From Octopus bimaculoides (taxonomy: Eukaryota): a stretch of DNA of 64,000 bases. Shown piece after piece: positions 1 to 12,840 of the stretch. Within the stretch, counting starts at the first letter, position 1; each line of letters opens with the position of its first letter. The stretch spans positions 46,605,235-46,669,234 of the forward strand of contig NC_068998.1 in the NCBI RefSeq assembly GCF_001194135.2, read 5' to 3'. The position numbers and the translations under genes were made by a program. The notes beneath the pieces were generated by a model, which saw nothing but the letters and a program-made list of their open reading frames with translations, ran no database searches and had not been told where the DNA came from.

Positions 1-240
1 TATATATATGTATGTATGTATGTTTGTATTTGTGTGTCTGTGTTTTTCCCTCCCCCACCATCGCTTGACAACTGATGTTGGTGTGTTTATGTCCCCATAA
101 CTTAGCAGTTCAGCCAAAGAGACTGATGGAATAAGTAACTAGGCTTACAAAGAATAAGTCCTGGGGTCAATTTGTTCGACTAAAGGCGGTGCTCCAGTAT
201 GGCCGCAGTCAAATGACTGAATCAAGTGAAACAAAAAAAA
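1..240 (+). mobile_element. SINE family B, 3' half (cut by window edge)
   Basis: After (TA/TG)n comes ...cgcttgacaactgatgttggtgtgtttatgtccccataacttagc...aataagtcctggggtc...taaaggcggtgctccagtatggcc, matching the full copy at 49161-49570. Confidence 0.85.
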
Positions 241-959
241 AGGAAAGAAAATAGGATAGAAAGTATGTGGATACATGAATGTTGTGGTCCTCCCGATACA
301 GAAGACCCTCAGACTAGGGCCAGTCAAGAAACCCTACAGATTCAGGATTACCCTGACCACCAAAGACTCGAGCTTTTATCCAACTGTTATTTTCCACTTT
401 TCTGGGGCATGCTGGGAGAAGGTTCATTCATCTTAATCATTTTTGCCACTATCACCTATCTTTTTACAAATTCACTGCGACAGAGAACTTTTCTTGCCAC
501 CCTTGCTTTATTTTCCAAGTGGAACTCAAAAAAAGGGCAATGAGGCCTTAACAGAAGAGGAAGGTGTCTTTCCTTAATCTTTTCAGTCATGTCCAATGCA
601 AATCAGTGGTAGAAATTACAGTTGCCATCTGTATGTGAGAACAATAACTGAGTTATCGTTAACATGTTGTGAGCATAAGAAAGCTAATTAGAGCTAATTA
701 ATTATGCATCGAGGAAAAATTCAACATTAGCTGCAGGACTTTTTGAGAAAATAAAAAAGAAAAATGTGTTAGTTCATTGTATTTATAATTGGACAGTAAA
801 CATATTGTTGCAGCTGTCAGGATGGGCGAGGGTGGCTTGGCAGAGAAACATGCAGATAAACAACTATGGTAATTACAACAACAACAGCAGCAATAAGAAT
901 GACAATAACAAGTATAACAACAATTTAATTCCAACAGCAACAACAACTTGAACAATATG

Positions 960-1960
960 CAGGAAATGCAATAATTTTGTACGACATAGGCGGTGGCTGA
1001 GACGATGGTTTGAGGATGGGTTGTCTACAGTGGTGATGGTGGTGGTTTTGATGGTGATGATGGTGGAAGTGTTGATGGTGGTGGTGTTGATGACAGTGGC
1101 GGTGATGAAGGTGGTGGCACTGATGAGGATGGTGGTGGTGGTGGTGGTGGTAACGGTGTGCATTGGTGGGGATAGTGTGGGTAGCAACGGTATTAGTAGT
1201 GGTGGTATACTTGCAGTGTGGTGATGGTGGTAGTATACCATGTAGAGAGAGAGAGAGGGAAAGAGAAAGAGAAAATTGTGTCAATGGAAATGGAAATGAA
1301 ATTTTTGGCGGCAATAAAATTTGCATGGTATCATAAATAGGCTCTGAGTCATTTATAGTACTGGTGATGGTGGTGGTGGTGGTGGTATGGGTTGTAGTTG
1401 TGGTGATGCTAGTAGTGTTGGTGTATAGGTAGTAGTGATGATTATGGTTGTAGTATAGGCAGTAGTGCTGGATATGGTTGTAGTAATATAGGTAGTAGTG
1501 CTGGTTGTGGTTGTAGTATAGGTAGCAATGATGGTTATGGTTGTATATAGATAGTGAGGACAGCAGTTACTACTACTGCTACTGCTGCCACTACTTCTAT
1601 TACTGTTGCCTCCGCTGCTGCCACTACTACTACTACTACTTCTACTACTACTACTATTGCTACTACTACTACTGCTTCTACTGCTGCTACTACCACTACT
1701 ACTGCTGCTGCTACTATTACTACTACTACTACTACTAAAAACAATATCACACCACCACCACCACCACCCAAGCTACAACAGCCATCACCACACCATCACA
1801 ATCTATACTGCACCATGACATGATTCACCACACCATTATTACAACCACAATGACCACCACCATCACCTCCACTACCACCACATTACCATGAGCTGCACTA
1901 CATCACTGTTGTAACCACCCCACCACCACCGCTGCTGTCACCACTACTACCATCACTGGT
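960..1960. repeat. Mosaic trinucleotide low-complexity tract: (GGT/GTA)-rich followed by (ACT/ACC)-rich
   Basis: Visible degenerate triplet repeats; source of the poly-V/poly-T/poly-H ORFs in the track. Confidence 0.9.
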
Positions 1961-2077
1961 TGCTTTCACCTACAATTTACAAGTGTTTCTTTGTGTAATG
2001 TGTTATAAAGCTAATTTATATATTATGTTAATTTATGTCAACAAATTTGTGTTAGTTTATGATCATTTATATATATA

Positions 2078-2566
2078 TTGGGTCATCCTATAAATAATGG
2101 GATATTTTCAATTGCATGAACTAAAAGTCGGAGGGGGACGGGATAAACTACCTGCATCAACTTGCTGTAAAAGCAGGTAGTAATTTTACCTTGTCCTTAT
2201 TCTTAGTGCAGGTTTTGAAGAGTGCAGTTCGATTTTAACAGCTATTTTATCAAAGCTATAATGGAAATGATAAAGGAGCTTATTTGGCATATTTTGCTTT
2301 ACAAGTTCAAGAAAGGCAACAATGCAATGGAAAATGCGAAGAATATTAATGCAGTATATGGGGATTGGACAATAAGCGTAATCCGGTGTCAATAGTGGTT
2401 ACAGAGATATAGAGCCGGAAACTACAGCCTAGAAGGTGAGCCTCATCTTGGAAGATCTTTAGAGATTGAGGATGTACTGCAAACTCTGGTGGAACAAAAT
2501 TCTGTCGTAACTAAGAAACTAGCAGAGAAGCTTGGATTTGGTCATTCAACCATTCTTCGACACCTG
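2078..2566 (+). mobile_element. Mariner transposon, 5' fragment (same family as 39673-40945)
   Basis: TA + ttgggtcatcctataaataatg terminus. The sequence is collinear with the reverse complement of the 40945 end. Decayed N-terminal transposase with HTH-like text (LQTLVEQN...KLAEKLGFGHSTILRHL). Confidence 0.85.
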
Positions 2567-3921
2567 GTATTTTCAGATGTGCCCATAAGCATTGTCTATC
2601 TTGGATAATACTAATCTGTGTGTCTTTTCTTTTAAGATAGTTGTGTGAAAGTTGAGGGACATGATTTAGCTGCTCTTTTCAGTGTGTTTATCAGTCAAAC
2701 AAAAGGACATGGTCCCTAGATGTAGCGTTTCATATATTCAACTTTATTTTTCTGTTTGTTTAAGAGATACCCTGTAGAATATTGTATTGTAAACCTAGTG
2801 AATCCACACAAGTATGACAAAAAATGTGCCAATGAATTACTTATTGGTCTGTCTATCTGTGTGTTTGTGTGTGTGTGTGTGTGTGTCTTTTACTTGTTTC
2901 GGTCATTAGACTGTGGTCATGCTGAAAAAATTGTCAAATGAATTAACTCCAGTGGAACTTGTGTGTTGTTAAGACCGGTAATTATTCTGTTAGTCTATTT
3001 TACTGAACCGCTAAGTTACGGGGGCATAAACACAAGCATCACTGGCTTTTTAAAGAAAAGGTGAAATTAACAATTGTAATGTCATCAATGGTCAATCCAG
3101 CTTTTGAATAAAATATCTGTTGACTACATTTTCTTTTGTAGTGAGTTCTTATTCTTTGAAATTATACACATACACACGCCCCTACCCCACCCCATCTATA
3201 CAGGTATCTCATTTCCTTTTATATCACCACTATACACACTTGTTTGGCAAGTGTTGTGTATTGCAAAGGTGAATTCTTAACATACAGGGCAGAAAAATAA
3301 TAAAAAGCACTTTGTAATACACACACACACACACACACACATTAGAATGAAATTCTAGGCTCTTGAGTCACAAAAGATTGAGTTCAGTTTCTACTTCTCA
3401 AATCAAAGACACATTCTCACATGACCATGCCCCCCCCCCACACACACACATACACCCACATAAAATCATATGTAAGACAAATTGATATGACACAATCACA
3501 TTGAGGCATATAGTGTGTGTGTGTGAGATTTGGGGCTTGGCTGTTTTTTTATTCTTTTTTTCCAGAAAAAAAAAACTAATGAAAAGAAAGAAATCACATG
3601 GGAGTGCAACTATTATATTGTCTTAGTCTGCAACATGACATGTCTGCTTTTATTCGTTTATTTGTTTCGGTCATTTGACTGTGGCCATACTGGAGCACCG
3701 CCTTTAGTTGAACAAGCCTAGTACTTATTCTATCGGTCTCTTTTGCCGAACCGCTAAGTTACAGAGATATAAACACAGTGTATGATTTAAACTTAGGAGT
3801 TTAGGACACTGAAATAGAGAGAGAGAGAGGGGAGGGGGAGAGATAGATATATAAAGAGACAGCAATCAAAAAATTTATGGTTTTTGTTAGTTGGTCTCAC
3901 ATACCCATCTCTCTGTTTCGT

Positions 3922-3961
<40 letters not shown>

Positions 3962-5110
3962 CCACACACACATTCAATCTGTCTTGCACACACATATGCT
4001 CTCTCTCACACACACATTCTCTCTCATATTCTCTAGTGCTCTCTCTCACATTCTCTCACTCTCTCACATTTTCTATCTCTCTTACATTCTCACTCTGACA
4101 CTCACATACACACTCTTTTTCACATAACACACACACTCTCTCCCTCTCTCTGACACAACACATGCTCTCTCCCTCGCACACACTCGCTCTCTCTCTCTCT
4201 CTCTCTCTTACACACACTCTCCCTCTCTCTCACTCACACTCTCCCTCTCTCTCACTCACACACACACTCTTCTCCTCTCTCCCTTTCTCGCCATTTGCTC
4301 ACAACAGACTCCTAAATGCATTTAACACATGTCTTGCTTTGGTATGTTGGTTCCCTGACGATGAATATATGTGCAATTCCAGCACCTCTTACTTCTTTGG
4401 AGTAGAGTGCACATATATTTTGAAACATATGTAGGAATTAAAGGAACTTATTGATTATATGCGTTTTGCTCCATTTATTATTATTCTTCATATCTACTTA
4501 AAATATATCATTTTAACTTGGTATTTCTACCTATTAACCGGTTATGGTATCCCAGTTTTCTGTAATTTTTGCTACCCCGGTAACTATTAATATTTTCATT
4601 ATCGAAGTTTTTTCAACTGAGATAANNNNNNNNNNNNNNNNNNNNNNNNNNNNNNNNNNNNNNNNNNNNNNNNNNNNNNNNNNNNNNNNNNNNNNNNNNN
4701 NNNNNNNNNNNNNNNNNNNNNNNNNNNNNNNNNNNNNNNNNNNNNNNNNNNNNNNNNNNNNNNNNNNNNNNNNNNNNNNNNNNNNNNNNNNNNNNNNNNN
4801 NNNNNNNNNNNNNNNNNNNNNNNNNNNNNNNNNNNNNNNNNNNNNNNNNNNNNNNNNNNNNNNNNNNNNNNNNNNNNNNNNNNNNNNNNNNNNNNNNNNN
4901 NNNNNNNNNNNNNNNNNNNNNNNNNNNNNNNNNNNNNNNNNNNNNNNNNNNNNNNNNNNNNNNNNNNNNNNNNNNNNNNNNNNNNNNNNNNNNNNNNNNN
5001 NNNNNNNNNNNNNNNNNNNNNNNNNNNNNNNNNNNNNNNNNNNNNNNNNNNNNNNNNNNNNNNNNNNNNNNNNNNNNNNNNNNNNNNNNNNNNNNNNNNN
5101 NNNNNNNNNN

Positions 5111-5146
<36 letters not shown>

Positions 5147-5424
5147 TTTATTTAATGTTGATGATAATAATTTATGCACTTATTTAAATTAGTATATACA
5201 TATATGTGTATGTTCACTTTCCATATTGGCACAGGATATATATATATATAATATGTGTATATGTATATATATAGTCTAGTTAAATGTAGGTAGATAATGT
5301 ACATTTGTATGAGTCTGTTTCCATATATATCTTCATGTTTAAGTATGTATGCTCACACACACACACAGCTGTCTATTGAAGTATGTAAGTGTATTACACT
5401 ATCTCATTTATTGACACCTGTGTA

Positions 5425-5456
<32 letters not shown>

Positions 5457-6169
5457 ATATATATATAAACACTGGGACAAAAGAAGATATATAACCTAGA
5501 TTAGATAATCTGGCATTTTCAAACTTCAGTCTTTTATTTAGTTCAACACCCCTTACCCACCTGTATGTCATCACCACCACCACCACCACCGCCGCCATGT
5601 GTCGTTACTGCCACCAATGTCGCCCTCACCCTCACCACTTCCACTACTGCCACCCCTCCTTGTGTCACTTCCTCCACATTGATTTGTTGTTAGGTAAAAA
5701 TTTAATTTGATATGCACAAATAACTCAATGAAATTTTTTTTTCCGTTTGTTTTTAGAAAACTTTATTTCTTTGTTTTGTTTTTTTATTAAGAAAAGCAAA
5801 TGTTTAGAGATTTTCTAAAATGTATTTTTAAAAAATTGTGAAGAAAAAAGTGTATGCAAAACGTGTGTGTGTGTTTGTGTGTGTGTGTGTGTTTGTGTGT
5901 GATGAGTAGGATAAAGAAAATGTGTGTATGACCTAGCATGTGTGTGATTTATGTATTGTGTACAAAAGGTGTGTATAAAAATTGTGTGAAAAAAGTATGC
6001 TGTATAAAATTGGTGTATGATTGTGTAGGTGTGTGTGTATGTGAGTGTGTATGTGTGTGTGTGTGTGTAGAAATAGTGTATTAAAACTATGTTAGCAGGA
6101 TTCGAAAAATTATGTCAATACAAATAATGTGTAAAAATTGTTTAATAATAATGATAATAATAATAGCAA

Positions 6170-6396
6170 TAATAATAATAATGGTTTCAAATATTGCCAC
6201 AAGGGCAGCCATAATGGTAGAGGGGATAAGTCGATTACATCGATCCCCAGTACTTGACTGGTACTTATTTTATCAACCCCCAAAAGGATGAAAGGCAAAG
6301 CCGGCCTCCGCGGAATTAGAACACAGAACATGACAAAAGACGAAATACCACTAAGCATTTTACCCAGCATGCTATCGATTCTGCCAACTTGCCACC

Positions 6397-6431
<35 letters not shown>

Positions 6432-6630
6432 CCTTTCTACTATAGGCACATGGCCTGAAATTTTGTGGGATGGGTGTAAATCGATTATATCGACTCCCAG
6501 TGCTTGAATGGTACTTAATTTATCAACCCTGAAAGAATGAAAGGCGAAGTCAACTCAGAATGTAAAGACAGACAAAATACCGCTAAGCATTTTGCGCAGT
6601 GTGCTAATGATTCAGCCAGCTCGCCGCCTT
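6170..6630 (-). mobile_element. Two head-to-tail tRNA-derived SINE family A copies joined by (TAA)n
   Basis: Both carry the body ...ctggtacttattttatcaacccc..aaggatgaaaggc...aaataccgctaagcattt... and a tRNA-like head (reverse complement of ggcgagctggctgaatc). They are separated by (AAT)n at about 6398-6430. Confidence 0.85.
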
Positions 6631-6739
6631 TGCTTGTAACCTCAATAATAATATGTATAGTAATATATATATAGAGCTCAGGTGTACTGCGACTTGTTGG
6701 AAAATAATAAAGGGCAGAGAGAAAGGAGCAAGTAAAGAA

Positions 6740-6945
6740 AGACAGAAATGAAAACCGAAATTACATGCATTGTCCAATATCCAATGTCCAAGACTTCACT
6801 CTTGAAGGAGGAACTCGTCCCTGGACTCCTTCCACTGCTGTCTATCTATGGCCAATGCTGGCCCTATCGGCCCCAAATAGCTGATGAGATCATCTCACTT
6901 TTATGTCTTTGGTCAGCCTGTTTAGTGAAGTTTCTTTGAGCTTTA
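6740..6945 (-). mobile_element. Probable RTE-clade LINE 3' fragment
   Basis: Minus-strand translation gives AIDRQQWKESRDEFLLQE*, resembling the A-x-D-R-x-x-W C-terminal signature of RTE ORFs. Confidence 0.5.
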
Positions 6946-7373
6946 TGTTCTAAATTCAAAATTCCACTGTGGTTTTCTTTACCCCCCCTTTTTTTATCCC
7001 CCTTTTGGGGTCAATAAAGTAAGTACCATTCAAGCATTGGGTTTGATGTAAATCAACTATCCCCCCCCCCCNNNNNNNNNNGTCTGACAAAAGAAAGAAT
7101 TATTATGGAGGGCAATGTGTGTGTGTTCTGGAATCCTCCAATGTCTGGTACTTATTGTTTGTGCCATTGTATGGGTTGATGGTTGCAGGTCCAGGACTTT
7201 GTACTTTTTATCCTGAGATAAAAGGGGTGACGATGGTAGGTAGGGTGTGTGTGTGGGGGGGAGGAAGTGACTGATTAAATAAATTACCTCCTCTTCTCAT
7301 TACCCCCCTCCTTCTGTGACTCTTTGTGTCTCATCTGAATAAATATGTCTAACATAATCTCCAGCTGGTGTGC

Positions 7374-7417
<44 letters not shown>

Positions 7418-7943
7418 GTGTGTGTGTCTGTCTGTCTGTGTGTGAGTGAGTCTCTTTCTCCAGCTCTCACAACAGACACTCTTTCTCATATGTACTCTCA
7501 CTTCCTCTCTCACATACACATGCCTGCTCCCACTCACTCTCAAAACGTTTCCTCCTTCTTTCTCTCAAACGTTTCTTCCCACTCTATTAGCCTTTCTAGA
7601 TATTCACTCCCCCCTCTCTCTCTTTCCCTCTTTCATACGCACTATTGCTCTCTTTCTTTCACACTCACATGCACTTCCCTTCATGTGTATCACACATGTC
7701 TCTCTCTCGCACTTCCTCCCCCTCTCTCATACACCTTTACTCCCTCCCCTCCTCTCTCTATCTCTTATAATGTCATAGTTGACAAAAAGTAAATCTGGAT
7801 TATATTTATCCTTTTTCCTTTCACCAATATTTAATTACCAGTTTAATTACTACTGTTTAATTACCTTGCTCTCTCTCTCTCTCTTTCTCGCCCTACCCAT
7901 ACTTCCCTGTTTTTGTCATCTTTGTACTTCCACATTAACAGAA

Positions 7944-7996
<53 letters not shown>

Positions 7997-8185
7997 NNNN
8001 NNNNNNNNNNNNNNNNNNNNNNNNNNNNNNNNNNNNNNNNNNNNNNNNNNNNNNNNNNNNNNNNNNNNNNNNNNNNNNNNNNNNNNNNNNNNNNNNNNNN
8101 NNNNNNNNNNNNNNNNNNNNNNNNNNNNNNNNNNNATATAGTCACTCATGCACATACACACAAAAATGTACTTTCATTTACACAT

Positions 8186-8221
<36 letters not shown>

Positions 8222-8368
8222 TTACTCATGCACATATACTCACACTACACCCTCATCCATTCATACACACACCTTCACTCACACAACCACATTTACTTCC
8301 TTCTCCCTTCTCACCACCATCACATATACATTCACATTCATATATTTACTGCCACACACCCACGCACA

Positions 8369-8402
<34 letters not shown>

Positions 8403-8406
8403 GTAG

Positions 8407-8800
8407 GTGTAGGCATGGCTGTGCGGTAAGAAGTTTGCTTCTCAACCTCGTGGTTTCAGGTTCAACCCCGCAGCATGATATCCTTGGCGAAATGTTCACC
8501 AAGGTGTCATGCATGGGGCTTACTGAAGCCTTGTGAATGAATTTGGTAGAATGGAAACTGAAAGAAACCTATTTGTGTGTGTGTGTGCGTAATGTTTGTG
8601 TCTGTTCCACCACTGCTTGACAACCAGTGTTGGTTTGTTAACATCCCTGTAACTTGGCAGTTTCGCAAAGGACATTGATATAATAAGCACCAGGCTTTAA
8701 AAAGTAATACTGTGATCAATTTGTTCAATTGAAAAGCACTTCAATTTCGATGCCCCAGCATGGCCACAGTGCAAAGACCAAAAAAAAAGTAAAAGATAAA
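8407..8800 (+). mobile_element. SINE family B, full length
   Basis: Head aggcatggctgtgcggtaagaagtttgctt, B-box-like ggttcaacccc, internal (TG)n and 3' domain ending in an A-rich tail. Confidence 0.85.
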
Positions 8801-8835
8801 CGTGCCAGTTTTCTCCTCACTTGGTAGTTCATTAT

Positions 8836-8859
8836 AGTCTGATGCTCTACCGACTGAGC
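8836..8859 (-). pseudogene. tRNA-Lys(UUU)-like 24-nt fragment (D-arm to anticodon 5' stem) inside a 13-bp hairpin
   Basis: Minus strand reads GCTCAGTCGGTAGAGCATCAGACT, identical to the recalled metazoan tRNA-Lys(UUU) positions ~10-33. No acceptor stem or T-arm is present. Confidence 0.55.
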
Positions 8860-10254
8860 ATCAGATTACAGTAGGGGTAAACTTGGATGTGAGGGAGAAT
8901 TCCAGAGGATAACAGTTCAGGGGAAACAGGATTGGGTTAAACGAGGCATTTAGTAACACAGTGTCATTAGTGCTACCCGGGTCATTTTCGAGGTTTGTGT
9001 ATCATTTTCTTGTGTCTCGACGTCTAGAATACGAAAAAGTTGGAAGGAAGAACTGGTGAGACTTCCAATAAGGTAAAAAATCCGGCTGAAAAAATTGTAC
9101 CCCAACACTATTGACATGATGTTTGCTCACTCAAACTCGGATCAGAGAGTTTAGTGACACACCATCGTAAGCACACATGCTCAATCAATGACTTTGGTCT
9201 GGCCCCTGTATCGTTTTTGGAGATGTTATGGCTCATTTTCTAATATTCCTTGTTACCATTGTAATGATAATGGGCTATTATCTTACAATCTTCTCTTACT
9301 TAACTCTTAAAGATATTTACCTTGGTATATTAAAACACAAACAATACCTTTGAGGGTGGGGTCTCTTTATGTTTTTTTTTTTCTCTGGGTATTATAACTA
9401 AAATATGCGATGTGATACACCATTTTGTAGTACTGATAGGTCTTCACAGTCATTTTAAGACCCAAACCAGCTCCCTAACTTCGTTTCTTACTGAGATATC
9501 ACATTCTCAAAGTCGTGAAACTNNNNNNNNNNNNNNNNNNNNNNNNNNNNNNNNNNNNNNNNNNNNNNNNNNNNNNNNNNNNNNNNNNNNNNNNNNNNNN
9601 NNNNNNNNNNNNNNNNNNNNNNNNNNNNNNNNNNNNNNNNNNNNNNNNNNNNNNNNNNNNNNNNNNNNNNNNNNNNNNNNNNNNNNNNNNNNNNNNNNNN
9701 NNNNNNNNNNNNNNNNNNNNNNNNNNNNNNNNNNNNNNNNNNNNNNNNNNNNNNNNNNNNNNNNNNNNNNNNNNNNNNNNNNNNNNNNNNNNNNNNNNNN
9801 NNNNNNNNNNNNNNNNNNNNNNNNNNNNNNNNNNNNNNNNNNNNNNNNNNNNNNNNNNNNNNNNNNNNNNNNNNNNNNNNNNNNNNNNNNNNNNNNNNNN
9901 NNNNNNNNNNNNNNNNNNNNNNNNNNNNNNNNNNNNNNNNNNNNNNNNNNNNNNNNNNNNNNNNNNNNNNNNNNNNNNNNNNNNNNNNNNNNNNNNNNNN
10001 NNNNNNNNNNNNNNNNNNNNNNNNNNNNNNNNNNNNNNNNNNNNNNNNNNNNNNNNNNNNNNNNNNNNNNNNNNNNNNNNNNNNNNNNNNNNNNNNNNNN
10101 NNNNNNNNNNNNNNNNNNNNNNNNNNNNNNNNNNNNNNNNNNNNNNGTTACTAACCCCTGCTGAAACCAACTCTGGTTCCTTAGTACAAATGTCTTGTTT
10201 TCATGGGTATTGAATTAAAATCTTCCACCAAACCTTAGTCACAGTGCTGCAGCA

Positions 10255-10450
10255 CGGAATTTTGTCAGTGAACAGGTCGCGGTCTCAAAGCGACGAAAAT
10301 ATTTTGACAAAATAAATTTAAATGTTGAAGTGAATCTAACGGTTTTTGTGTGTTATTTTAAATGGCTTATAAACACCTTCCACGCTGCAATTGTTTTCAT
10401 TCCAGCACATGATCTCAGATCAGGTCACTTGCTATGCAAGTACATCTCCG
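10255..10450. mobile_element. One arm of the long-palindrome MITE family (see 49000-49727)
   Basis: Contains the spacer ttttgtcagtgaacagg and an arm ending gcaagtacatctccg followed by TA; homologous to 49590-49727 and to the reverse complement of 49000-49160. Confidence 0.75.
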
Positions 10451-10492
<42 letters not shown>

Positions 10493-10922
10493 GTCTATAT
10501 TTGTATATACATCACTGTATATCTATGTGTATATGTATGTGTATAACTATGTACATGTATGTGTATATCTATGTGTATATGTGTATACCTCTACCACCAC
10601 CACCACCTCAGTCACCATTCCCATCATCACCACCATCATCAAGTCTTCCCTCTATTAACCCAACAGTATGTCCTTGAATGTCTGTCTGTCTGTCTATCTG
10701 TCAGTTGCTCAGTCTGTCTCTCAGTCGGTCTCTCTGCAAGCCTGTCTGTTGGTCTGTTTGTTTCTCTGCCTGCATATCTCTCTGTTGGTCTGTCTGTATG
10801 TCATCTGGTCTATCTACCAATCTGTCTGTCTGTCTCTAACTGTCACATTTTTGAAAGGGTGTGGGTTTCATTTTAGCTAACTTAGCATAAGTTATGTGTG
10901 TGTGTGTGTGTGTGTGTACATG

Positions 10923-10955
<33 letters not shown>

Positions 10956-10995
10956 ANNNNNNNNNNATGTGTATATATGTGTATGAGTTTATGAT

Positions 10996-11027
<32 letters not shown>

Positions 11028-11390
11028 CATATATGCACACATGTATATATGTATGTACATGTGTGTGAGTATATGTATGTATGCACGTGTTAGTGTATAT
11101 GTAGTGATGCTGGAATCTGTTATTAAAATGAGTCACAGGAACTAAGTTAACCGTTATTGTTGTTGTTGTTTCCCTCCACGTCACACTACCTCTCCCTTAT
11201 TCCCCCCCACCCTCTTTGCACCCTTGTATACTTACACGTCTGACCCTCCCCCCCCCGGCACGCAATACAACTCCCAGTCCCCTTCATCCTCCTCTGACAA
11301 CATACACACGCATATGTATACATGCATGCACATGTGCATGTATACACACAGCTGTATACGCATGTACACGTGTTCAAACACGCATACACA

Positions 11391-11434
<44 letters not shown>

Positions 11435-12677
11435 CACACATATGTACACACTAACCTTTATGCATATACATACACACACACACACATACATACATACACT
11501 GACACGTATATATGTACTCACACATAAACACACTGATACATACATACACACACACACATACACTCATACATACACACACACACACACACACGCACACACA
11601 CNNNNNNNNNNNNNNCACTGCTGTGCAGCAGGGTAAATATATTAAGACTTGGGGGTTGATAGATGAGGCAGGGGAATGAAAAGGATATGATTGTTGTTGT
11701 TGTTTACCCCCAAATCATCTCTCATCGAGCAGACCTTATTACCAAAAGCAATCCAGTGGTGACCATCCCATTACATATTTTCTTACACACAAGGGAACAC
11801 AGGACATTATTCAACATCTGAGAGGGTGAGGTGTAATTTGAGTGAGATTTGGCTGCTATTTCATGCAGATTGTGTGACCACATACTGGTTTCTTCATTAG
11901 ATTAGAAGGAAATAGTGGTGGTAGTGGTGGTGGTGGTAGTAGTGGTGGTGGTGGTAGTAGTAGTAGTAGTTGGAGGAGTATCACCACTAAGTGACTAGTT
12001 TCTTTTTTGTTGTTGAAGACTGGGGTTTTAGGATTATGAAACATTTTACTGTACCAAACATACATCCTACCTCATTCCAGGCTGTAACATCTGTCAATAT
12101 CTTCAAAACCAGACACATCTACATCATGATGTTGGGCCCTAAACTACCCCTATAATATTCCTATTACCGCTTACATCTACATGCCAACCTAGTCCAGATC
12201 TACATGTACATACATGTAGACAGACATGCAAACACACTGTCAATGTGTCCCACATGTTGTTGATGTTGCTTAACCCTGAGTCAGCCCTGATCAAATACAA
12301 CTAAGATCAAAGGTAGTCTAGCCATGACCATCCTGTCTTTTTTTTATGTGCAGTGAATGCATGACTACATTACCTAGTGTGTTGGTTTCTAATATGGTGG
12401 ATTAGAAATGGATTTACCGATTTAAAGGAGATTTGGCTGGTATTTCTAGCATGTCAATCTATCATGCAGAGGCTCTCCCCCATTAGTTTTACTTCATGAC
12501 ACTTTCATACCACTCCCTCCCTCCCTGCATCCCACCCTCCTTGCCTCCCACCTTTCCTCTCTGACTCCCACCCTTCCTCTCTGCCTGCCACCCTCCCTAA
12601 ACTGCATTTCAAAGAACAACACTGGGCAAGGCAATTTGCAAGTGAGAGTTGTCAACTGTCTCCAATACAGTGCCATT

Positions 12678-12840
12678 CGTCTTTCAGTTTTCACCCACCG
12701 GATCCCCTCACAAGGCTTTGATCAGTCTAGGGCCATAGTGGAAGACATTTGTCCAAAATGCCACACATTAGAACTGAACCCCAAATCACATGGTCGGAAA
12801 GTAAGCTTCTTGACCATTAAGCCAATCCAGCGCCTATTTA
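12678..12840 (-). mobile_element. SINE family B, 5' half
   Basis: ctttcagtttt...cacaaggctttg...atagtggaagaca...actgaaccc...gtaagcttctt matches the reverse complement of the family B head. Confidence 0.75.

Noticed and set aside
873-1823. Long poly-T/H/V/P ORFs resembling mucin or His-rich proteins (also 17185-17400, 25562-26188, 36659-37570)
   Set aside because: They are translations of triplet microsatellite mosaics, open in several frames and on both strands, with no splice signals linking them to the gene.
4544-5179. Long ORFs spanning N-runs (also at 9.4-10.2, 16.3-17.0, 27.7-28.5, 41.0-41.6, 46.7-47.7 and 55.6-56.8 kb)
   Set aside because: They are open only because N codons contain no stops.
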